From Tubulanus polymorphus (Eukaryota; Animalia; Nemertea), in NCBI RefSeq assembly GCF_964204645.1, contig NC_134025.1:372001-436000 (forward strand): DNA of 64,000 nt. The letters run 5' to 3'. Shown here one piece after another: positions 12,201-24,200 of this stretch; position 1 is the stretch's first letter, and every line of letters starts with the position of its first letter. The notes under the pieces are model-generated. The model was given only the letters and a program-made list of their open reading frames with translations. It was not told the origin of the DNA and ran no database searches. The position numbers and the translations under genes are program-made.

Positions 12201-15200
12201 TGGTCTTAAGTCTAAGCCATGACTATGGAACTGGGCCCTGGTTCTTAAGTTCTTTAATTCATAAAACGTTTAATGATTGAATTTCAGCCGTTTTGGCCGA
12301 CGGGCTCCGGTTGTGCCCGTGGATTCCTCGGGGCTCAGGATGCCGCGTGGGCGATACAATGTTTCGCTGCCGGGACGATGACTCCTCTAGAAGTTTTAGC
12401 CGAACGTGAAAGCGTTTATCAACTTTTATCGCAAACAACTCCTGAAAATATCAATAAAGTTTTCTCTCAACATTCATTGGATCCCCAGACGAGGTAATTA
12501 TACATACCGGCACTGTTAACTCATACAAACTGTGACCAGTGGACTGATTAGTCTGAGCTGAAGTAAAGTCCGATAAAAAGATCGGTGAAATTTGATCAGT
12601 TTGTCAAAATTTTTAGTTTAGGCGAGGTTAAACCTAACCTAAAATCTGACTCCACCTGGCAACTATTACTGAATATATCCTCCCTTCCCCGCCCTCCTTC
12701 CCTCCCCCGCCCTCCTTCCCTCCCTCTTCCCCTCCCTCCCTCCTCCCCTCCCTCCTTCCCTCCCTCTTCCCCTCCCTCCCTATCCTCCCCTCCAACCCTA
12801 TCCAATCCTTACAGTAACTCAAAATAATATTGAATAATATTTTGTAGATATCCGACGTTGAATAAAGGATTTTTCAAACCGATACAAGTTCGTAATTTAT
12901 ACGACACAGATCGAGAGACGATCGATGATATTATAGAAATACCTTTAAAACGTCGACAGAGCGGAGAATTTGTACGAGATTACGACCGCCTACTCAGATG
13001 GTTCAAACGTACTTTAAACGAATATAAAAATATCGTTAAAATCGAAGATTTATCGACGTCTTGGAAAAACGGAGTCGGTTTATGTGCGTTGATTCATCAC
13101 TTCAGACCTGATCTTATGTAAGTTATATTTCAGATATATATATACTTCATTTGTAGCTGAATTTATCCGAGATTCTCGTGACTCCTTGAAACCTCGAAAA
13201 TGAAGAAAATTTGCAAGCGCCTTAGATCTGCTCTAAATTTGAAAAAGTTACTCTAAAACTCCTTGAAACTTGAAGTTTGGGCTAAGTTTTGAGGAAGTTT
13301 TAAAAAGTTGATGTATTTCTGTCTGAGACAATGGTTCGTGGCACCTAATCCGCAAAATACACATGTAATTAGACCAGATAAATTGAATACTTGTTATTAT
13401 GACGATATGAATCTCTTCAAATTTTGATTCAATTTAGAATTTCTGGGATTGAATTGTATAAACCTGTAGTTAATGAATTCTTATTCTTACATCATATTTT
13501 CCAGTGATATTTCAACACTTTCCGCCGATAGAATCGCTGAAAATAATCAAAAGGTATTTAAACTTCCATTCATCTGCATTGAGTTTGATACATGAGCAAA
13601 ATAAACCCCCAGCAACAATTTAAAACTCCTCAGTTATTATCATGGACTCTCATTGGTAGTCTGGGTTGATGTTTTATTACCGGGGGTTACTTTCATACCC
13701 GGTCTATAAAACCGGGTCGTGTTGTTTGTAGTTCATGTGATCATTGAATTGATGCTGATTAATTATTTTTCAGGCATTTGATATTTTGGAGAAGGAATTT
13801 GAAATCAGTCCAATAATGACCGGAGAGGAAATGGTACTATGTGATATTCCTGATCGTCTGACTATGTGGTCTTATCTATCGCAAGTTCATGAAACTTTTA
13901 AAACTGACAGTCCTTATAAAGGTATCATCAATGTCCAATAACTAATTCAACAGTTCAGATAAATCAGTTAGTCCGAACTATCAAATGCAGATTGTCGAGG
14001 GGTGCAGGTTACAGGTAGCAGATAGTGTGAGGAAGGGGGGTTCAGACATCAGATTTCTGATGTCTGCTTCATATTTCAATATTTATAAAGTCTGCACGTT
14101 TGAATAAGTATGAAGCTTTAGTGTTATTCTGATTTAGTGTTGTATTTTATTTCTAGAACTAATGGATTCTAAGAGTATTGAAAGTTTATCACCTGAAGAT
14201 GGACCGGTGATGAGAATGCCTCATTCCCCTTCACAAAGACGCTCATTATTAAACAGACTAAGTCATAGATTACACAGACATAAAAAGGTAAAGCTACTCA
14301 CAGAATCCTGCAATAAAGATAAATAGAGTCTGAAATATTTCCTTAGCTTATATTTTATCCGTTATTTCAACTTTATCCTAATAATCATCTTCAAGGAAAC
14401 ATTTATGACTATATTTTACATTCTTTCATTTCAACATGGACGGGTGAGGTTTCCATCAAATATTTTCTGAAATGTATCGAGTCTGTTTTATTGATTTTCT
14501 CAGGAGAACCTCGAAGAACCGGACGATCAGAGCGGTTTAAGACCGGTTAACATGAAGAATAAACCGATGATGACGTTTGGTGGAAGTTTAGCGAAAAGAC
14601 AAAAAGTCGGTTTACCAGAAATGGTAAGTTTTATCAATAACGCAATTAATCAAACATTTACTCATTAGAGTTTTTTTTTAAATTCTGATATTTCTTGTCC
14701 TTCAGCCGGGTCGATCGGTGCAGTTATCAAATTTATCTCGTATGGATGAAACGATGGAAGCGGCGCAAAAACACCTCGACCTACCTCCGGGAGTTTACGA
14801 AATCGGACCCAGAGGCAACAATAAAGTCAGTAACTTAGCGACGAAATTATTTCCGACGAAAAAAGAAGAAAAACCGATTGAGAAGAATTTGATTCCGTCG
14901 AAAAAACAATCGGTAAATATTCAAATATTTAAAATCAACTGAATATTAAAAAGATTTGATGAGATCGGTTTCGATTAAAATGATTGGATTTTCATTTTCA
15001 GTTGTATAAACAAATAGCTACGAAACGGGAAGAAAAAGTAATCGTTGGTTGTTAATCATTGTGTATTCATTTTGTTACTAAATTAGACTCCGCTCAACTC
15101 AAAAAGATAAAAGCTTTACTCATTCAATTCAGAGATAACTGTTTAACTCAGAGATAAATGTTTAACTCAGAGATAACTGATTAACTCAGAGATAACTGTT

Positions 15201-18200
15201 TAACTCAGAGATAACTGTTTAACTCAGAGATAACTGATTAACTCAGAGATAACCATTTAATTCAGAGATAACTGTTTAATTCAGAGATAAATGTTTAACT
15301 CAGAGATAACTGATTAACTCAGAGATAACTGATTAACTCAGAGATAGCCATTTAATTCAGAGATAACTGTTTAACTCAGAGATAAATGTTTAACTCAGAG
15401 ATAACTGTTTAACTCAGAGATAAATGTTTAACTCAGAGATAACTGATTAACTCAGAGATAGCCATTTAATTCAGAGATAACTGTTTAACTCAGAGATAAA
15501 TGTTTAACTCAGAGATAACTGATTAACTCAGAGATAACTGTTTTAGTTAGATACAACTGTTTAACTCACAGAGATCATAGTTTTACTCAGAGATAACCGT
15601 TTTAGTTAGATGTAACTGTCAAGAGATAAATACTTAACTCAGATGTTAGTTGAAACTCTGAAATCACTTTAAGTCGGACAAATTTTGTCCAGTCCAAAAA
15701 GATACGACTTGAGCGGAGCCTACTGTACCTGTCTCTCTCTCTGTCAATCTCTCTCTCAAGGGTTATAGCTCTTATTACAGTATTCACTGTTTGATGTATT
15801 TATTCTAACTGTTCTTTATCTGTTTGGTTCATTGCAATTCTCTAGAAAACTTCTTTAGAAATACATCCAATGCATGTTTGGTGGGACTCCTCTAATTTCA
15901 ATAAACGTACATATATTATGAACTTTTCAGTATCTCAGACGTATCATTAGTATCGGTTCTGGGTTCCTCTCTCTCTCTGTCTCCCTCTCAGTTTCAGGTG
16001 TATTCAATGATGTTGTTTTCTATTCAACAGGCTACGATGTTAAACGATATGATAAACACAGGATCCGGAAGTCAGTTTTGTTATTTCTGCGAGAAGAGGG
16101 TGTATCTAATGGAGCGTTTGAGCGCTGAAGGATTATTCTTCCATCGCGGGTGTCTGAAATGTGATTATTGTTCCACTACGTTACGTTTAGGAAATTATGC
16201 ATTTGACAGAACTCCATCTGGAGAAGGTAAAATTAGCACTCAATTAACAACCATTTACAAATACTACCTGGCAGATACTGTATCTAAAATATATATGTAT
16301 ATATGCTGTTTACTGGAGAGATGTTTTTATGGACGAACTCTCTAAGACTTAATCAAATAAGGCGTAAATATACTTGGTTTTAATCAACTATTCTCTGTTT
16401 CAGCTAAATTCTATTGTATTCAACACATGGGATTCAAAAAGAGAGTTCGAAGACAAAGAATATCGTTTGATAATGTTGATTTTGAAGTGAGTTTAACTCT
16501 TGTGTTTCACACTGTCGTGTAATGTGACTATATTCTATTATGAGGTTGTATTTGTATTTCAGTCACAGATGATACAGGAAGAAGATGATGTACCTCCACC
16601 CAGACCTCCTCTACCAATGTTATCTCAAAGTAGATTCTTGAAATGTAAGTTTGTTTACTATGAATGTATGGCACTCTGCCAACTGAGTTGCCTTGACAAC
16701 TTCAGGTCAGTTGACCTAGGATTTAGGCTGTGATTGGCTGTTATCACTGTTGTCACCTAGGGTTAGGGTTAGATGCTAGTACTGAGTGGCTGTGATGTCA
16801 CCGGTCAGCTGACCTAGGGTTAGGGTTAGATGCTAGTACTGAGTGGCTGTGATGTCACCGGTCAGCTGACCTAGGGTTAGGGTTAGTTGTTAGTACTGAG
16901 TGACCGTGATGTCACCGGTCAGCTGACCTAGGGTTAGGGTTAGTTGTTAGTACTGAGTGACTGTGATGTCACCGGTCAGCTGACCTAGGGTTAGGGTTAG
17001 TTGCTAGTGCTGAGTGACTGTGATGTCACTGGTCATTTGAACTGACTGCTAGGATTACTATGGAGAACAGGATTTATTGTAGATATTTTCATTACAGCTG
17101 AAGGAATAGTAGCTGCAGCATCTGCCGCAGTACCACTAACACCACCTATTGTCAGTATATTAGCGACTCCGGAGAGAGTTGAATTTGAGAACAGCACAGA
17201 AGAAGAATCACAGGAATATCCTGAGGAGATCACTATAGAACATAATCTACATCGATCATTGAGTAGTGTCGATTTTGATGAAGATGAAAGCGACGATGAC
17301 GATGACGATGACGATGATGAATATGACTCCGAAGAAGAGGACACTGAGGAGGAAGAGTAAGTTATTATTATTGAATTATTTATAAGTGTAGTTAGTCTGA
17401 ATCTACCAGGGATACTTGACTTACACAGGGGTAGTCAGTTACCTTTCTGTGATTTAGTTTCATGTCCAGATATTTTCACAAACCACACTTAAACTGTCAA
17501 TATTAGCTGTTGGTATAAGCCAGCCCTTCCGATTATAAAAGATTAGGTAACTAATTAACACGGTGGCAGCATCGAGATGAATGGCAGATGATCTAATCAA
17601 ACAACAGCTAGATAACCATTGGAGGAAGTGGGATAACTAACTGGAGACCAGATTTTAAGGGGAAATTGGAAGGTAGATAAATAAACCCCTATGCGCCCCC
17701 TTCCCTCCCTCCAACGCGATGAGCAGAATGTAGGGTATAGTGTATATGTATGTATTTTCAGTAGTAGTGGTGATAGTGATATTACTGCTCTCTCAGAACA
17801 GGAAATAATGGCGTTTCTCGGGTAACAATCATTCAATACGTCCGTCTGCTCTCTCACTCTCTTGTCTTGTTTTGCGTTTGTTGCTTTTTGTTTTTAGCCA
17901 AGATTTCGAGCTTCAGTTTAAGATCAATGTATTATTTCATTCATTACATCATCAATTTGCAGAAGCATAGTTTAGTTTACTGGTGTTACTGGCTATGATT
18001 CACATCTTGGTTCCACATTTCTCCGTGAAGTTTAAACTCTTGAATTAGAATTAAAGTTCATTTTCTATGCTTTAACTTAATTCAAATCATAACCGAAACA
18101 CTCATGTGGAACTATGGAACTGCAGCCTGTTATTTTCTGTTATATTTTCAGCTGTTTTAACCATTTAGAGTTGATAACTGAAGTTAACAAGAGTCTTCTT

Positions 18201-21200
18201 AAAATAAAAATCCTACATGTAATTTGATATATTTGGAACTGCATCCAAAACTTTCACCTGGGTTTTTGCAAATCTGACTCTTCCTACCTGGTCAACTTCA
18301 AATGGATGCATGTCGCATCTGTCACAAGAAATTATATATCATCATTTTGAAGGTCTTTCAATGAAAATCATTTCTTACAGTTTTGGTATTTTGCCTAAAT
18401 TTGATTTATCAATTCTTGATAGGAGTAGCAGCGAAGATGATGATGAAGAGTCTGATATAGAAGTGTCTAGTTTAGAGGATGATGAAGAGGTTCCTATGAC
18501 TTGGGAACAAGCTTGTAAAATAGCCGAAAAACTAAAACAGAAAAATAAAACAGATGTGAAAAAGACTGAAGATATTGATGGAGAGCTACAGGAGCAGGAG
18601 GATGAGGAGGAGACAGAAGAATCGGATACCACGGAAACATGTGATGAGGAGACAGAAACTGAAGGTCAGTGGAGTCATTACAAATTTCAAAATTCCACCA
18701 CGTGTGACGTGTTTGAATTGAAGCTTTTTATTGCGCGTGAAACAAGAATTTCCGATTATTTAAAAAAAATGTTTTTATTCTTAACAGGAGGAGAACCAGA
18801 GGAAGATGAAGAGGAAGAAGAAGAGATGGAAGTAAAGAGAGATGTTGTTGAAGTTGTTGATATAAGTAATGATGATAAATATCACACTCCGAGGATGTTA
18901 GGTTTAGCGAAGGAACAGTTTTTTACGCAGATGGCTCAACCAGTTCGTATCGATCCGTGGGACTTCTTCCGTCGAAATAAACTCGCTCCGGAGAAAGAGC
19001 CAGAACCAGAACCAGAACCTGAGCCAGAGAAAGAACCAGAACCAGAACCAGAACCAGAACCTGAGAAAGAACCAGAACCTGAGCGAGAACTAGAGCCTGA
19101 GAAAGAGCCCGAACCTGAGGAGGAACCCGAACCTGAGGTAGAGAATGAACCTGAACAACCAGAAAATCAGGTAAAAATTAAGTCTTATTCGAAACTGAGT
19201 TCAATATACAAACAATTCATGTTTATCTGTGCTTGGAATTCTAGGTTGAGGACACAGAGGAAATAGAGGATAAGAGTGAAGAGGACAAATATGTAGATCA
19301 CAGTGAACTTGAAAAACAGTTTGAAGAGTTAGCTGAAGGATTAGAGGAAGGCTTAGAGGAAACAAATGAGGAAGAAACTGAGAGTGATGAAAATGGTTAA
19401 TATTACTTTATTATGTTTTACCCTCAATTTTCCTCCATTAATCATAAAATGAATATTTTGGTTTGTTTGTTTCAGTAATTAGCGAAGGTTTGGCTGAAAT
19501 TGTAGCGGATGATTTGACGTCACCGAAACACGAAGTGATGGAGGAGATCGAATCAGTTGCCGCGGGTAACGATACGGAGATGAAAGAAGCGATTACGACG
19601 GCGATGACTGAGATGAGTAATCTCGTCGGAGATGAGATCGATGTTTGTAAAGATTCAGAAACCGAACAGACGGATGATTTAGATACCCTCGTCGCCGCCA
19701 ATTTACCTGAAAACGATCGAACAATCGAATCAGTTAGTAACCACCGACGACCGCAATTCAAATCGGAAATAAACGATAGTTTGGATATAAATTTAGACGA
19801 ACGATTCGTTACGGTTCGCGATAAAAAACGGAATCAGAGAGATTCGGAATCGAGTTTTACAATCTCAACTCCTTCGGAATCTGGTTCACAGACTGGTTCA
19901 TCTATTTCATTAGTCATGGAAGTAGCAGTAAATCAGATATATGAACATGACGATACAATGTCAATAATCGCTAATAATCAAAGTATTTGTGACGATTCAT
20001 TGGATGTAACTGTAGATTCATCTGATATTCCTGTGGATTCATCTGATATTCCTGAGGATTCATCTAATATTTGCGTAGGTTCATCTGATATTTGCGTAGA
20101 TTCATCTGATATTCCTATGGGTTCATCTGATATTCCTATGGATTCATCTGATATTCCTATGGGTTCATCTGATATTTGCGTGAGTTCATCTGATATTCGC
20201 GAGGATTCATCTAATATTTGCGTGGATTCATCTAATATTCGTGTAGAGTCATCGGAATTTAGTGTAGATTCATTGGATATTCCCGTAGATTCATCTCTTG
20301 TGAATCAAGATGAATCTATAAACATTGAGGATGATGTTTCTTTATCAATGGAAGTTAAAAAGAATGAAAAGTTTAAGCATGATGATACAATGTTATTAGT
20401 TATCCGGAACCAGCAAGAATCATCGGTGATCAATAGAATCCAGGATGAATCGCAAGTGATTGATAGCATCCAGGATGAATCGCAAGTGATCAATAGAATC
20501 CAGGATGAATCGCAAGTGATCAATAGAATCCAGGATGAGTCACAAGTGATCAATAGAATCCAGGATGAATCGCAAGTGATCAGTAGCATCGAGGATGAAT
20601 CGCAAGTGATCAATAGAATCCAGGATGAATCGCAAGTGATCAATAGAATCCAGGATCAATCGCAAGTGATCAGTAGCATCGAGGATGAATCGCAAGTGAT
20701 CAATAATCATAGTGTAGATATAAATAATAGTAGTTTATATGAAACGCCTGATAGCAGTATTACAGAGACTAATAACAATAAAACAACACCGACTAAACCA
20801 GATTCAGATGTAACCCCGGTTGTGTCACCTCATCGGTCACCTCACAGGTCACCTCACAGATCACCTCATAGAAAACCACGCATTTCTAATATGAGATCAC
20901 CATCAAAGAGATTATCCCCAATCAGAAATCTGAAAAAATCACCACTTCGGAAAAGTCCTGATCGCGATAAAACTCCAGTCGTTAGTCCGGATAAAGCTAT
21001 GCCATTGATTCCGTTAATCAGTCCGGCGACTCGTCCGGCTAATATCAGCGTATCGCCGGTATATCGAGGTTCAACTCCGCGTTACGAAATGGAAAAACGT
21101 CGAAGTCAATCATATAAAGATTACTCAATCGTGAACATCAAAAAACCAACAACCGAACAAAATAAACCGAAAAAATCAGGAGCAAACGATTTGAACGACG

Positions 21201-24200
21201 CTTTAAAAATATTAATGGGCGGAAATAATAAACCGAAAACTAAAATACCGGTCGATGAGAGTTTATTAAAATCACCCGATCAGGAAACCGACGTCGCTAT
21301 GACGACAACGCTACCCGAAGGTAAATACGAAGTAGAAACTGGCAGAAAGAGAATCATTAAACCGAATATAACATTCGATAGTTTGAATTCATCGGCTACC
21401 AGCGAATTATTCTCAACGCCGGTTACATCTATTAAACCACCGAGACCGAGGAATCTAGGTGCTCCGATTCAGGAATCTACTCCGATTCAGGAATCTACTC
21501 CGATTCAGGACGACGATGAGAACAGTTTAACGGAACGAGAGAAATTACGGGCTGCGGCGCGAGAGAAAGCGCGTCAGAAAACGGACGAACAACTCGGTAT
21601 AATACATTCTCCTATAACACGTAAACTATCGTCTCCTTCGATGAGTCCAAACACGACCGCGCAGAACAGACAATCTACATTCAAACGACAACAATCATCA
21701 CCGTTATTACCATCAGAGGACAATACGAGAAAAATACTATTCTTAAATAACGAATCTACGATTGAATCGACCTCACCGGAAAAACCCTCGTTACCGAGAC
21801 AACCGAGTAGCGGGTCGAGGTCGTTACCGTGTACACCGGTATCAGACGGTAAATCGTTCATTGTTGATTCCGCTCAAACTGGTGCTAAAAACATTCATCG
21901 CAAAATTGTATCCGATAAGTCAACTGTTGCTATTGATAAACGCGATGCTACTCGGTCTGTTGTTGCTATGGATATTTCAGAATCTAATAAATCCATTGTT
22001 GCTATGGATACTACGGATTCGGATAAATCCCGTGTTACTATGGATACGCCCGATTGTAAACCGATTGTTACCGTCAGTAAGGCGTCGTCATCACAGGAAG
22101 TAAATATTGGTGCTAAAACAGAATCTAATAAAAGATCAGACAGTAATCTAGTGAACAAACGAGTCGGACTGATTAAATCTGATCCCGATCACAGAAACAG
22201 CTTCTTAGCCGAGTTCGATGATGATTCAGATCTGAATGTTCCATCACCGGAAAAACCTGTTGAATCTTATAACGAAAGACCTATTGATGTTTATAATGAG
22301 AGACCTATTGATGTAGCACCGGTACCTGCAGCAGCAGCAGCAGCTGCACCGCAAAAGATACAGCAGCAGCAACAATCTGAACCTGCAGTCGTCATGAGAC
22401 ATCGCAAATATTCACCGACAAAATTGAAAAAATCAAAATCACTTGAAAAATTGACGAAATCTCTAGAAAAATTGTCACCGAAAAAAAATCATCGAAAACA
22501 AGATGAACAACCGGATAAGAGACCCTCACCACCTCGTGTGGAGAGACCCTCACCTGGACCGTCACCACAGAGAGAGGCAGTGAAACCCTCGCCTCAGAGA
22601 GATACAAGATCGTTACCTCGGAGAGATGTGAAACCCTCACCACAAAGGGAGGAGAAAGAGTGTAAAAAAGAGAAACGTAAATCTTTATTAGCAATGTTAC
22701 TGCCTTCTCCAAAAACACCGGATAAAAACAAAAAAGACAAGAAAAATAAGAAAGAAGAAGAACAAACTCCGACCCCAAAAATCAAACGTAAAACTCCGAA
22801 ATCTAAAGATAAGAAAAAGAATAAACAACAAGATATCGAGGGAAATTTATTGGAGCAAATGAAATTATTGAATCTCGGGGAACGTAAAGAAAAACAACCG
22901 AGACCGCAGATATTGTCATCAGCTGCCGCAGCTGCTCCTATAGGTCAGTATCAGTGTAGTATGAGCTGTTTGTTTGTTTTGATGTTCTCTGATTCGTTGT
23001 TTTAATTCTTTATTTATAGATGAAGAAATATCGGACAGTGAAAGTGAACGAGGATCTACAATGAGTAGAATGAGTTTAGATAGAATTTCTGTTCAGGTTT
23101 GTTTCAAATTGAGTTTCATTTCACTTGAGAATTTTCACCCAGGATCAGCTATACAGCGGTGACTAGAGACTGTGAATGGTCTTAAATCCTGAGACCGATC
23201 ATAAGTTGTTCGATTGGATTTAGAACCAAAATGACTCGTTTTGAATCTAAGCGTGTGTAACTGACCGTTGTTTGACGATGTTTAATTATTTTGACAGGCG
23301 AAGCGTTCAGCGAGAGCAGCTCGAAAACAACAACGACAAAAAGAATTGAGACGATTGCGTATGGCTCAGGAAATACAACGACACATGCAGGAAATAGAGG
23401 TGAAACAAAAAGAATTAGAAGAACAAGGTGTTATAGTGGAGAAATCATTACGAGGAGAAGGAACAGGTATAAAAACATACAATATGATAGTGTTTGTAAT
23501 GTGAGGGGAGAGGAGTACAATTATTAACAACTTCTTCCTTATTGTTTATCTTACTTAATATCAATCAGAGACTGAACTTATGGGATAATAACAGGACAAC
23601 AGCCTTTGAACAACAGCATCTAACTTGACACTGATAATCAATGTAATCATGCTTTATCCTACAGTGAGCTATAACTGTTTATTAGTAAATGATGCTTAAG
23701 ATTGTGTACGTTTGCAATAAAGGGATTAAGGAAGAGAAGGGGGTTTATTGAGAAGGGGGTTGATGAGGAGTAGGGTGTTTAGGGAGAGGAGGGGGTTTAT
23801 TGAGAAGGGGGTTGATGAGGAGTAGGGTGTTTAGGAAGAGAAGGGGGTTTATTGAGAAGGGGGTTGATGAGGAGTAGGGTGTTTAGGGAGAGGAGGGGGT
23901 TTATTGAGAAGGGGTTGAGGAGGAGTAGGGTGTTTAGGGAGAGGAGGGGGTTTATTGAGAAGGGGTTGAGGAGGAGTAGGGTGTTTAGGGAGAGGAGGGG
24001 GTTTATTGAGAAGGGGGTTGATGAGGAGTAGGGTGTTTAGGGAGAGGAGGGGGTTTATTGAGAAGGGGTTGAGGAGGAGTAGGGTGTTTAGGGAGAGGAG
24101 GGGGTTTATTGAGAAGGGGTTGAGGAGGAGTAGGGTGTTTAGGGAGGGGAGGGGGTTTATTGAGAAGGGGTTGAGGAGGAGTAGGGTGTTTAGGGAGAGG

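Noticed and set aside
20305-22785. Antisense and alternative-frame ORFs within the MICAL giant exon (also 17033-17344, 18375-18632, 52717-53257, 52777-53121)
   Set aside because: Shadows of repetitive or low-complexity coding sequence in another strand or frame.
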